The position numbers and the translations under genes are program-made. A stretch of 44,947 bases of DNA, taken from contig NC_068981.1 of the NCBI RefSeq assembly GCF_001194135.2, forward strand, positions 135,981,064-136,026,010. The letters are read 5' to 3'. Of this stretch, positions 1 through 11,620 are shown piece after piece. Positions within the stretch are counted from its first letter, which is position 1, and the number at the start of each line of letters is the position of its first letter. This DNA comes from Octopus bimaculoides (lineage: Eukaryota). The notes below the pieces were generated by a model that did not search any database, was not told the origin of the DNA, and saw nothing but the letters and a program-made list of their open reading frames with translations.

Positions 1-29
1 ATATGAATTTTTCCCCAAAATGAAACATA

Positions 30-345
30 TCTAATATAATAAATGTGAATGTCAGTGTGTCACGCTTTTTCACCTTTACTCCTAGAGCCCAACATATACC
101 ATTTGGAATCAGGATGACTCAGTGAGTAAATTAAAAACATTCCGGGCCGAATGCTGAAATTGTGGATTCCTATGTATACTGCGATTGTTTACGGCGATTT
201 TTTTTTTAATGATTTTTTGCGACGAATATGATCATCAAAACTCTGGAGGAAGCAATTGCAATAAATTCTCCGAAACAAGTCAGAGATCTGTTTGCAGGTG
301 TTCCCATTCGGGGTCAGTTGCTATCGGGGGGCTTTTAAGGTAGTA
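30..345 (+). mobile_element. Helitron-like remnant (A|TC 5' end plus short RepHel-like peptide)
   Basis: A29|TC start followed by TAATATAATAAATG. 228-299 reads MIIKTLEEAIAINSPKQVRDLFAG, resembling the L.EA...SP.Q.R.LFA motif of Helitron RepHel proteins. No clear 3' hairpin-CTRR end seen. Confidence 0.45.
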
Positions 346-929
346 TGTATATATAAACAATACTTTGCTAAATGAATTTTTTTAAGCCAAAAGAATTCAT
401 TTACAAGACTATGATTAGTCGCAATGGAGTTAATGGACAAAGTTCCAGCCTTCTTCGTTAAGTAATTGTGCGTGCGTATATTCATAATGTCATTAAATTG
501 TGCTTGTTCTTAGGAAAGACATTGAACTTCTCCAGCTCCATTTATCTCACACAAGACTATATTAAACTATATAAGCGTTTAGATTTTAAATGGTTTGGAG
601 ATGCTTCACCTAATTGGACATTAATGAAATAATGCCCTTTTGCTTATTATTGTTAAATATTTTCTGACAGTGTAGTTTGTAGTAGCAGATAGATAATCAA
701 TAGAATAATCATATATGATCAATTTATCGGTTTTCTACTTTGATTATGTCGTTTTTCATTTTCACTTTGCTGTACAGAATACCAGATACTCACCATATAT
801 TCGTCTGCATCACGCACAGGCAACTTTATTCGAGAAGCGGGCCGCATGAGACATAGTTCAGTATTAGGTGGGCAGCACTACTCTAAAGAAAAATCAAGGT
901 AATTTTTTGTTAGGCATGCCATTCAGAAA

Positions 930-1220
930 GTCCTGCAGGTTTGTTCTTGACTAGACCTTGACAGAAAGACCAGCAGGTTTGTCCTTGACTGGTCGCACAG
1001 TCTGCATGAAATAGCAATCAAATCCAACTCATATTACACTTTGTTGTCTTAAAAAGGCCAGAGCAAATTGGATAGTACTAGAACCACTAGCATCTCATAC
1101 AAAGAAAAGAGAAACAACGTCGAAAAACAAACAAAAAAAGGATGCCATCAACTGGAACGCTCTCGATCATAAATCACCTTGGTTAAGCAACAAGAATAAC
1201 AACTACAACAACAACAACGA
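930..1220 (+). repeat. Unclassified interspersed repeat with (AAC)n tail (family F)
   Basis: Diverged similarity to 19840-20045 (aaatc...cac..tgttgt.tt...tggtcatggctagaacg..t.tgatc) and ends in aacaac repeats. Contains an 18-bp direct repeat gcaggtttgt(t/c)cttgact. Confidence 0.45.
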
Positions 1221-1978
1221 TGACGATGACACTAACAAAACGGTAATAAAGCAGTTAAGTGTAGATCGTATAGTATTGTGGTAGATTGTTACAGACATCC
1301 TTTATGTGGTCGAACCTTTTGGTATGTGTCCTCAGAGAAAACAATCAGTGTGTTGTAGTTTTATTGACTTTCTCAGTAGATACAATTAAGATCACAAAAC
1401 ATTAAGGACTTGTCTGGCCATCGATGCTACGCTAATCATTAGTTTGGTAGCTAATAGATCAATAAATAACAGATAAATAGCTAATTCTGAAGCTGGGAAT
1501 ATCAAAGCAATCACTCGTGCTGCAAGAAATTGTAGACATATGCCACTCAAGTGACATTCAACGGTATAGAAAAAAAAATAGAGGATACATAAGAATGTGT
1601 AATTTTCAGGATTGTCACGGGTAGAAAGACTTTAATCGAAGGATTGATCTGGTTCGAAGTTACTATAGCAGCAAGAAAAGCACTCCGGCTAACGAAGGAA
1701 CCCCTATGTGTTGCTCTAGCTATTAGAAATACCAGCCAAGTCGCCCACAAATCTCAGTTGTTTTATTTTGTCTTGGAGAAAAATGGGACGGATAGAGTGG
1801 TCGGAGAAAGATATAAATATATTCTTAAAAGAATGAGATGGTCATTAATGGAATACCTTTTCTTATAAATTTGCTCGACCACGATGGACTGCGAAACAAA
1901 ACAACAGATTTTTCTCTCTTTCTTTCTCGCTCTCTCTCGCTCACTTTCGATATGTATATCAATATATGCCAACAGTGT

Positions 1979-2055
<77 letters not shown>

Positions 2056-2454
2056 TTCAGCGACCGTCTGACTGAAACACGTTTGTTCTTTTTCCACTTT
2101 CTTTCTCTCCTCATCTATTCTTCCTGTAGAAGCGCTTACCTTTCTACTCTCCCTGACCGTAAACTTAATAGTTCTTTGTTTTAGCTACATCTTATTATAA
2201 TTTTTGCACCATATGTGTGTGCGTATGTGTGTGCGCGCGCGCATATGTGTGTGTGTGTGTGTGCGTGCGTAACCAGAAATGGCTCAGATGAAAGTAGCAT
2301 TAATTTTCTTAGGCCGTTCAATTTTCTACAATTGACCAATAAACCAATTGAGTACTTGAGTACACTTATCAGTAATGTACCTATAATGGTTACTGGAAAC
2401 AGCTGTAAGCCAAATTTACTCCGATTAAAGAAAAATATGTAATGACCATATATA

Positions 2455-2680
2455 TATACTCTTTTATTTGTTTCTGTCATTTTACTGCGGTCATGCTGGA
2501 GCACGGCCTTTAGTTAAACAAATCGACTCATTGTTTGTAAGCCTAGTACTTATTCTATCGGTCTCTTAGGTCGCACCGCTAGGTTACGGGGACGTAAACA
2601 CACCAGCATCGGTTGCTAAGTGATGGTGCGGGGAGGGGACAAACACAGACACACAAAAATATACACACATGCGCGCGCGT

Positions 2681-2777
<97 letters not shown>

Positions 2778-2933
2778 CACGACGGGCTTCTTTCAGTTTC
2801 CGTCTACCAAATCCACTCACAAGGCTTTGGTCGACCCGAGGCTATAGTAGAAGACACTTAGCCAAGGTGCCACGCAGTGGGGCTGAACCCGGAACCATGT
2901 GGTTGGTAAGCAAGCTACTTGCTACACAGTCAC
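2455..2933 (-). mobile_element. tRNA-derived CORE-like SINE (family B) with internal (TA)n(TG)n microsatellite
   Basis: Reverse-strand homologue of 4469-5024: tRNA-like head (ggttccgggttcag), CORE-like GGCACCTTGG..AAGTGTCTTC box, internal microsatellite, tail ggcggtgctccagcatgaccgcag. Confidence 0.85.
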
Positions 2934-3010
2934 ATAAGTGTGTGTGTGTGTGTTTGTATGTGTATGTATGTGCCGTACGTACGTATGTATATATGTATGT
3001 ATGTATGTAT

Positions 3011-3408
3011 GTCATTATTCAGTTTATTTCAAGATTTCTTGCGAAAAGAGATAGAACCGGTTTCTAACCTAGATCCAAGGTTTCTTCATTGGAACTTCTA
3101 CATCAACAATAGGGTATTTTTGTTTGTATGTATGTATGTATGTATGTTTGTATGTATGTATGTATGTTTGTATGTATGTGTGTATGTATGTGCAGATTTG
3201 TATGTTTTACGTATGTATTCTCATGCATATAGTTACATTTCTAGACATGCTCATATATATTTAAATGTTAAACTTCTAGAAAGTTTTACAGATTTTTCCC
3301 GTTCCAGTGATGGCTTGGATGTGTAGTCTTCGAATTAGCTTTCTCCTTTCTGGTTTTGAGAAGCCTAATTCTTTTAGGCAGTGTGCTACATATCCCAGGG
3401 CCCCATAT
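3011..3408 (-). mobile_element. 3' end of an REL-endonuclease-type non-LTR retrotransposon (family D) inside a (TACA)n array
   Basis: 3404->3268 translates GALGYVAHCLKELGFSKPERRKLIRRLHIQAITGTGKICKTFLEV*, typical of an REL-LINE C-terminus. A 3' UTR and (ACAT)n tail follow, and (ATGT)n lies on both flanks. Confidence 0.7.
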
Positions 3409-3445
3409 GTGTGTATGTATGTATGTATGTATGGTATGTATGTTA

Positions 3446-3700
3446 TCAATCAGTTTCATTTCTGTATTTCTTGTCAATAGAGAAAGAGCCGGACTCTAAC
3501 ATAGATTCAAGGCTCCTTCATTGGAACTTTTATCAACATCATCTTGGTATTTGTGCATATATGTATGTGTGCAGTATTTGGTGTTAGTGTATGCGCAGAT
3601 TTGTAAGTTTGTTTTATGGATGCGTTTTTATGTATATATTTTCATGTCTAGGGGTATGCATATGTATTTATGTACTAAATTTTTGGGAAGTTTTACATAT
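3446..3700 (-). mobile_element. Second, shorter family D copy
   Basis: Same 3' UTR (atagagaaaga.ccgg..tctaac.tagat.caagg.tccttcattggaac). The ORF end reads ICKTSQKFST*. (ATGT)n on both sides. Confidence 0.7.
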
Positions 3701-3744
3701 CTTGTATGTACGTACGTATGTATGTATGTATGTATGTATGTATA

Positions 3745-3985
3745 AAACAAGCAGAGAAAGTTCGTAAATTTATCATCAACATTCCTAGACCTTCATAATC
3801 ATATGTCCGAGATGAAATGCTGTTGTTGGCGTTTGTAGCTGTCCCTTTATACTCTTTAGACAGAGGGCCAGTGAGACTACTGTAGATATTACCAGTGGAA
3901 TTTGAATACTGGCTGTCAGATGTATACATCACTCGGCTCTTCATTTTTATTGATGACAAAATTGTTTTGTCTCTACACTTATCTT
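3745..3985 (-). CDS. Unassigned Ser/Thr/Asn/Tyr-rich open frame (possible exon or TE remnant)
   Basis: About 80 stop-free, non-repetitive codons (KCRDKTILSSIKMKSRVMYTSDSQYSNSTGNIYSSLTGPLSKEYKG...). Splice sites are weak and no family was recognised. Confidence 0.2.
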
Positions 3986-4347
3986 AGCAGGGGGCTTATT
4001 TTAGTATTGAGCTGTTTGAGCAATACCACCATCCATTAATTATCTATATTGTGGGGAATTCTATACAGCATATACATACTGTTCATAAATGTCTTCCTTT
4101 ATATTTTAGCTTTGTGTTGTGTGGTGTAATGCGTTGCAACGACTCCTTGTAAAGCGTGAGTATCCTTCTTCTATGAACAATGTAGCGGTTGAGTCGTGTT
4201 GTTAACAACTCTCACATTAGCAATCATATTTATAGATAAACATTGGCAATTAGTTGTAGATTGTCCGCCGTTTTACTTACTTATTGTTTGTTATTGATAA
4301 GAAGCTTTTATCCCATTTATTCATTTGAATACTATAATTATTATTAA

Positions 4348-4428
4348 GGCAGCAAGCTGGCAGAATCGTTAGCACGCCGGCATTTTGTCCATCTTTACGT
4401 TCTGAATCCAAATTCCGCGGAGGTCGAC
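4348..4428 (+). mobile_element. SINE family A, 5' fragment
   Basis: ggcagcaagctggcagaatcgttagcacgccgg...aaattccgcggaggtcgac matches the head of the full copy at 15837. Confidence 0.8.
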
Positions 4429-4468
4429 ATATCTATAAATAGATGAATGTGTGAATATGTATATATTA

Positions 4469-4630
4469 GGCACAGGAATGGCTGTGTGGTAAGAAGCTTG
4501 CTTCCCAACCACATGGTTCCGGGTTCAGTCCAACTGCGTGGCACCTTGAGCAAGTGTCTTCTACCATAGCCTCGGGACGACCAAAGCCCTGTGAGTAGAT
4601 TTGGTAGACAGAAACTGAAAGAAGCCCGTC

Positions 4631-4664
<34 letters not shown>

Positions 4665-5024
4665 NNNNNNNNNNNNNNNNNNNNNNNNNNNNNNNNNNNN
4701 NNNNNNNNNNNNNNNNNNNNNNNNNNNNNNNNNNNNNNNNNNNNNNNNNNNNNNNNNNNNNNNNNNNNNNNNNNNNNNNNNNNNNNNGTGTGTGTATGTG
4801 TGTTTGTGTGTGTGTGTGTGTGTGCGTGTCTGCCTGTCCCACCACCATTGCTTGACAACCGATGTTGATGTGTTTGCGTCCCCGTAACTTAGCGGTTCGG
4901 TAATAGAGACTGATAGAATAAGTACTAGGTTACAAAGAATAAGCCCTGGGGTCGATTTTTTCGACTAAAGGCGGTGCTCCAGCATGACCGCAGTCTAATG
5001 AATGAAAAAAGTAAAAGAATAAAA
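4469..5024 (+). mobile_element. tRNA-derived CORE-like SINE (family B), internal microsatellite partly in a gap
   Basis: Head ggcacaggaatggctgtgtggtaagaagc...ggttccgggttcagtcc, box gtggcaccttgagcaagtgtcttc, tail aagtaaaagaataaaag. Confidence 0.85.
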
Positions 5025-5819
5025 GGATACATATATCCGAATGTATACATATAAATATATATCATCAATTCGTTAACGTCTCTACAAGAAAATGAAACTA
5101 TTTTTTACCAGCGAAAGTTATAGTTTAGGTTCAACGAAGACGAATACTGCATTCTTCTTCACATTACTCATATAAATCACGTTAGATTGGATCAGTGAAC
5201 TATACAAAGGTCATCGATATCAGCAATAGAAGCAACGATGCAGCAAATAGATTAGACTTCTTGTCGACAGACAAATGGTGATTTAGTACCCCGTGATGTT
5301 TTATTCTCTACAATTTCTTGGTCAGTCAATTCAGAGATTAGTAATGGCGTCACTTTATTTAAAGATTAAGATATTGCAGATCCAACAGGAATATAATCAT
5401 TTAATGGCAACTGACAATTCTTTTTTTCTTTTTGTTTTATCGTGTTTCCTATTAATTCTCGCCTTCCATTTACTTTTGAACTCATTCGTACATATGGGGA
5501 CGTCCATATACACATATAACCACCCACGCACACATACTCATATGTCATATGTATGTAATTGTCCTCGTTGAGATAAAGTACGCAATACCCAGAGTGAAGA
5601 GGGTATAAATTATTTATATATTTATTTAAAATGACTGTTACAAGATATTTCTTCTAAGGCTTAGTAATTTGATTGATGAATCAATAAATATATATATATA
5701 TATACGTGTGTGTGTCTGTATATATGTATATATATTATACAACATGCATACATACATACATACATACATACATACATGCATGCATACATACATACATACA
5801 TACATACATACATGTATAC

Positions 5820-5852
<33 letters not shown>

Positions 5853-6099
5853 TACACACATATATATACATNNNNNNNNNNNNNNNNNNNNNNNNNNNNN
5901 NNNNNNNNNNNNNNNNNNNNNNNNNNNNNNNNNNNNNNNNNNNNNNNNNNNNNNNNNNNNNNNNNNNNNNNNNNNNNNNNNNNNNNNNNNNNNNNNNNNN
6001 NNNNNNNNNNNNNNNNNNNNNNNNNNNNNNNNNNNNNNNNNNNNNNNNNNNNNNNNNNNNNNNNNNATATATATATATATATATATACACATGCATATA

Positions 6100-6495
6100 C
6101 AGGTACAGGACGTCACCAGCGGTGCAAATAACATACACACGAGAGATACACACAGATACAAGACGTGGACTGTGATTACAGGACAAAAGTGAGTGAAATA
6201 CGTAAACAACGAAAAGAAAATGGAAAACAAGACAAATTAACACAGAGAAAGGACCCTTCATCAGTTGCCGGCTGTCTATCTACTCCTCATTTTGAGCATT
6301 CAAACGACAATATGAGCCTTCAAAGACAGTAGTTTCCATAAATTCTAAAATAAAATTTAGAATTTATGGAGGGTCAAAGCTGTGAACAAAAAAATAACAG
6401 TGGAGACATACAAGGAAACCGAACGAAAACAGACATGGAGGGTCGTTTGACCAGAACGAGAAGAATAGTGAACATATTGTGAACATTGCTAATTG
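6100..6495 (-). mobile_element. Penelope-like terminal-repeat (pLTR)-type segment with decayed hammerhead-like motifs
   Basis: The minus strand has CTGATGAAGGG (~6255-6265). A 14-bp hairpin (6336-6349/6356-6369) is followed by AAACTACTGTC. The segment abuts fold-back 1. Confidence 0.35.
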
Positions 6496-6496
6496 C

Positions 6497-6632
6497 ATAC
6501 ATAATTATAACAAGGGATTGGCAATACGCCTCTCCACGTGCTGAAATAGATACCAAATGGCGCTAAAATCAATTGGCATCTATTTCAGCACGTGGAGAGG
6601 GCTATTGCCAATCCCTAGTTATAATTATGTAT
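6497..6632. repeat. Fold-back palindrome 1 (60-bp arms, 16-bp spacer)
   Basis: 6497-6556 is the reverse complement of 6573-6632 with about 4 mismatches. Confidence 0.95.
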
Positions 6633-6889
6633 ATAACTTTTAATATTATAATTATGTATATAATTATTAATATAATATAATATAATATATTTCATTTTTG
6701 GATTTGGTTTGCAAGATTTTTTTTTTATGTGAGAGTCAAGAGAATCAAGACTATTGAAAAGGTTGCAAGACGCAACGAAAATTTTAGGAAAATAAAAATA
6801 AGAAATAAGTGGAAATTTTACCGGTGAGTGTGTTAAATTTTAAGGCACAATAAGAAAATGACTCTCCCCAGACACAACAGAATAATATA

Positions 6890-6960
<71 letters not shown>

Positions 6961-6967
6961 TATACAT

Positions 6968-7118
6968 AATTATAATTGAGGGTATCTAAGAGATACCAGC
7001 ATGCTCGAAATAGTAGTCAAAACCTGACTCTAAAACCGCATTATGATGTGGTTTTAGAGTCAGGTTTTGGCTGCTATTTCGAGCAGTCGGTATCTCTTAC
7101 ATACCCTTATTTATAATT
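6968..7118. repeat. Fold-back palindrome 2 (~75-bp arms, 4-nt loop)
   Basis: 6968-7041 pairs with 7046-7118, e.g. aaaacctgactctaaaacc / ggttttagagtcaggtttt. Confidence 0.95.
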
Positions 7119-7202
7119 TTAATAATAACTATTATCTATAAGGTCTTTCTTCCCATGCTGTCCACTTGATATGATCGTTATTTTAAATAACTGTCTTATC
7201 CT

Positions 7203-7241
<39 letters not shown>

Positions 7242-7923
7242 GTGTGTTTATAAATGTATGTGTGCGTGTGTATGTATGTGTTTATAAATGTGTGTGTGTG
7301 TATTTGTAGACTTATAATGTCATTCATGTATTACTGCTTTTTTAGATTATTGTTGTCAGCCCTCTGTAAGACTAATATCTCTGGGACCACTCCAGCTAGC
7401 ACTGTTTCCATGATCAGAAAAGCTTGAAAATGTATTTCCTATCCTCTTTCAACATCATGGATACTCATATTAAATAAATAATTTTGCATAATGCTTTCTC
7501 TACAAACGAGCAACACAAAACTCTAAAAGTCTCCCTAAATGCTAAGTCTCAAGATCTCAGTCACTCCGATATAAATACAACATTGCCTAAGACCAAGATT
7601 GATTCCTCTCGAGGATACGAAAACCTTCAGATCTGATCAATTAAACTGTCAAAGCTTAGGTGTGATCTGCATTAAATTTCTGGGAGAGTACGACCTGTTA
7701 AACACGTAAATTTCGAAGAATTTCTATCAAAAACGTAGAAAAAAAGTAAAAGATCATTCAGCTAGTTATCGAAGAGTCAATCTCTAACACAAATCACAGA
7801 CTCGCATATGCTGTATCTCCTCTCGATCTCTCTATCACCACTACAGTGATTACTGCTCCACTAAACCAGTAAACTGTACTGCATGTCATTTCTGCCCACT
7901 CATTCACAAATTACAATCTCTAA

Positions 7924-8060
7924 AGCGGCAAGTTGGCAGAATCGTTACAGCGTTGGATTGACTGTCTCAAGGTATTTGTTCCGATTCTTTTCACGCTGCG
8001 TTCAAATCCTGCCCCGGCCAACATTGCTTTTCATTATTTTGGGGTTGATAAACAAGCATC
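7924..8060 (+). mobile_element. SINE family A, diverged
   Basis: gcggcaagttggcagaatcgtta...gttcaaatcctgcc...ttgcttttcattattttggggttgataaa. Confidence 0.7.
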
Positions 8061-8859
8061 AATCCAAGGTGGGAGATTGTTATGTACTGTTATCGGGCGG
8101 GGCAAAACGTCTTGCAGAATCTGTTACGGTTCTTTGCGTTCTGACTCTGATGCTAAACTGTGTCGGTACCTGTCGGCGGCCTTGCACTCGGATAGCATCG
8201 GTGACCTGGAGAAGGGAGATTTGCATGCACGGACAAGCGTCAGTCATCCTCAATTGCCCAAGTCTTCACATACAAGTACAGATGAACTGTCAATCATGAC
8301 AGGAGCAGCCGTCTACTCAACGTTCTTCCTCTCTCCAAGCGTTTTGTTCAAACGTTTCTCCTCTGATTTGCAACTCTCCAGAATTGCCACTATGTTTACG
8401 TCTTTCCCTATCAGCATAAACTTAGAAGTTCAAACTGAGCGCCAACACGTCTTCCCTTCCTATATTTTCCTTCTTCTATGTTCTCATCCTCGACCACGAC
8501 AACGATGAAATGATATTTAAAAAGATAAATAAGTAAACATAAGAGACTTTCTCGATTTTCTTCTTCAATGATTCTGAGATGTCAGTGTTCAGACTAGCGG
8601 AAGAATGAGTTTTTCTTTATACCGATTGATAAGATTCTGTGTGTAGGAGGAACAATTATTCTTATAATGAAGACGATTTTAACTTTGATATCAGTCATAT
8701 AAAGAGACAGAGGAATCTCATTCATCCAGCAATCACTCCGATTACTTTTCGATAACGAGGTAGACATTGATAATATTTCAAATAACATCTGAGATTAATT
8801 GTTAAATGCCTTCAAAATACGATTCCGTGATTCTACGGAAACTTATATATACAATACTC

Positions 8860-9058
8860 CTAAAACATAAAGATTTTGGAGGAAGGCACTAGTCGATTTC
8901 AACGATCCAAGCACTCCAGTGGTACTCATTTTATCGATCTCAAAAGGAAAAATGGTAAAGTCGAGCTCGGCGGAATTTGAATCCAGAACGTAAAACCGAA
9001 AGAAATGCAGCTAAGAATTTTGTCCGGCGTACTAATGATTTCGCTGCCTTCACCACTT
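8860..9058 (-). mobile_element. SINE family A
   Basis: Reverse complement of the family A head and body (aaagtcgagctcggcggaatttgaatccagaacgt). Confidence 0.8.
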
Positions 9059-9997
9059 CCGAAACATTAACATGCAATGATATCATAACGTTTGGTGTGT
9101 GAGAAGAGTGAAATGAATAATAAAAGGTTCTCAGGTTCTCCGATTTCAAAAATCAAGAGCTATTAATATACATACATTCATGTATGTGTATGTGTGTGTG
9201 CATGTGTATGTGTATACACACACATGCATACAAACTCTCTCTCACTCACACACACACATGCATACACACACACTCACACACATACACACACTCGCACACA
9301 AACATAAAATCTCTCTCTCTCTCACACACAGAGAAGCACACACACACACACTCACACACATACGAACTCTCACTTTTTCTCTCTCTCACACACACACATG
9401 TTCTCTTTTCGTTTATAATTTTGGCACAATTGTACATTGGTTGTACACACTTATATTACATTTAACGTAGTTCCGTGCGTCTCTAAGTAATCAATTTCAG
9501 CTTGACCATACTTTGCTCAGACCAGCAAGTGTACAATTTGGTGTTTTATTTGTAAAAACAAATTGTTTTTATAGGGATATGAACGACAGATTTGATGTCA
9601 ATATCTGGCGAAGGGTAATGATACAGAAACTCGTGCTTCCTACGGTCAATGATGTCAATCATAGCCCAATGACGTGTTTTCACTCTTTGTCTATGATGGG
9701 AACTTTCTCATGAGAATATTTCTGCATCGACAGGTCTTCCCGCGTCCGAGAATACACGAACTAGTTATATATAATTATACACGTTCATATATATAATTTA
9801 GTGTAGAAATGCACTTATAGTTGAATACTAATATGAGTCTACAGATATCTATATATGAAGGCAACATTAGTCGACAAGGAATTTTTAACTCCTATTTCTA
9901 AATTCAGTATGTAATGAAGCAATTAGCTGCCCCCTAATTATAATTATGTTTATAATTATAGAATATTTGTTTTATATATTTATATTTATATATATAT

Positions 9998-10729
9998 NNN
10001 NNNNNNNNNNNNNNNNNNNNNNNNNNNNNNNNNNNNNNNNNNNNNNNNNNNNNNNNNNNNNNNNNNNNNNNNNNNNNNNNNNNNNNNNNNNNNNNNNNNN
10101 NNNNNNNNNNNNNNNNNNNNNNNNNNNNNNNNNNNNNNNNNNNNNNNNNNNNNNNNNNNNNNNNNNNNNNNNNNNNNNNNNNNNNNNNNNNNNNNNNNNN
10201 NNNNNNNNNNNNNNNNNNNNNNNNNNNNNNNNNNNNNNNNNNNNNNNNNNNNNNNNNNNNNNNNNNNNNNNNNNNNNNNNNNNNNNNNNNNNNNNNNNNN
10301 NNNNNNNNNNNNNNNNNNNNNNNNNNNNNNNNNNNNNNNNNNNNNNNNNNNNNNNNNNNNNNNNNNNNNNNNNNNNNNNNNNNNNNNNNNNNNNNNNNNN
10401 NNNNNNNNNNNNNNNNNNNNNNNNNNNNNNNNNNNNNNNNNNNNNNNNNNNNNNNNNNNNNNNNNNNNNNNNNNNNNNNNNNNNNNNNNNNNNNNNNNNN
10501 NNNNNNNNNNNNNNNNNNNNNNNNNNNNNNNNNNNNNNNNNNNNNNNNNNNNNNNNNNNNNNNNNNNNNNNNNNNNNNNNNNNNNNNNNNNNNNNNNNNN
10601 NNNNNNNNNNNNNNNNNNNNNNNNNNNNNNNNNNNNNNNNNNNNNNNNNNNNNNNNNNNNNNNNNNNNNNNNNNNNNNNNNNNNNNNNNNNNNNNNNNNN
10701 NNNNNNNNNNNNNNNNNNNNNNNNNNNNN
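9998..10729. other. Assembly gap (largest of 11 N-runs)
   Basis: N characters. Other runs are near 4666, 5872, 16548, 18036, 20855, 21593, 25040, 34683, 35667 and 36271. Confidence 1.
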
Positions 10730-10833
10730 GTATGTATATATGGGAGAATTCACGAAAAAAACAACAGCAGACGAGGACAGGTGGTGTAAAAAACAAAAGG
10801 ATGTATTAGTTTAACGCTCGGGAATAGAGAAAG

Positions 10834-10870
10834 TCTTTAACGTTTCGAGTTACGCTCTTCAACAGAAAGA
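10834..10870 (-). ncRNA. Minimal type-I hammerhead ribozyme motif, A6U variant, in a Penelope-like pLTR remnant
   Basis: Minus strand reads UCUUU CUGUUGA A GAG-CGUAA-CUC GAAAC GUU AAAGA: 5-bp stem I, 3-bp stem II, palindromic ACGU stem III. Confidence 0.55.
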
Positions 10871-11029
10871 ATAAGGAGAAAAACAAGGAGAAAAACACGG
10901 AGAAAAAAATTTTGAATGTCGTGGTCAGCGATCTATCATGATATATAACTCTACCTCTATAGGCTTCATACAAACTCACACAAAGATCACCATTCACATA
11001 CTATCTAGCCCCCCCTTCCTCTTCTTCCC

Positions 11030-11460
11030 ACTTTCCACCTCCAGTACAATGATCCCCTACTAGTCTCACTAAGAATCCCTGAAGTTTATCTCCTCTCACT
11101 ACTCTCTATCTAAATACCTTCCAACTCCGCCTTCTAATACACTTAGTTCTCCACAAAATCATTCCATCTTTGATCTCCTTTCTGTCAACACTTCAAATGT
11201 AAAACTTTTTCCTGAAGACGGAGGCTTGTATTATCCAATGATGGAATCAATTTACAACCATAATTTTGAGTCACCAAAGAACCTCGGAAACAACTGTTGG
11301 ACACGTAAAACTCTTACTCGACCCCTTTAATTTCTGATATCATTTCTATTCTGTGTAAGTCAGACCTTTTTATATGTAAGCATATGTATACATTTTTCGT
11401 ATTAAGTGTATTTAATATTTTTTGTATATCGACTTACCGAACTTTATTATCCTTACATTT
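11030..11460 (+). mobile_element. Penelope-like pLTR remnant with long-stem-II hammerhead-like motif
   Basis: CTGAAGA-CGGAGG (11212) ... CCTCG-GAAAC-AACT-GTT (~11298). Same family as 20990-21250. Confidence 0.45.
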
Positions 11461-11497
11461 ACTTATATATATATATATATATATTTATATTTAAATT

Positions 11498-11562
<65 letters not shown>

Positions 11563-11565
11563 GGG

Positions 11566-11619
<54 letters not shown>

Positions 11620-11620
11620 T
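11498..11620. repeat. (GATA)n microsatellite
   Basis: Direct tandem tetranucleotide repeats. Confidence 0.95.

Noticed and set aside
240-285. Hammerhead look-alike CUCUGGAGGAAG...CUCCGAAACAAGUCAGAG
   Set aside because: The core has an inserted G and stem I would be only 2 bp. The sequence is better explained as Helitron coding remnant.
1547-1750. 67-aa minus-strand ORF
   Set aside because: It overlaps an interspersed repeat (ttggctg.tatttct...) also present in fold-back 2. No splice or family support.
4110-4155. 46-nt plus-strand segment with good acceptor and GTGAGT donor (LCVVWCNALQRLLVK)
   Set aside because: It is too short to evaluate, and such site pairs arise by chance in AT-rich DNA. 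No compatible neighbouring exon was found.
9946-10809. 255-287 aa ORFs, and similar ones across other N-runs
   Set aside because: They are almost entirely X residues from assembly gaps.
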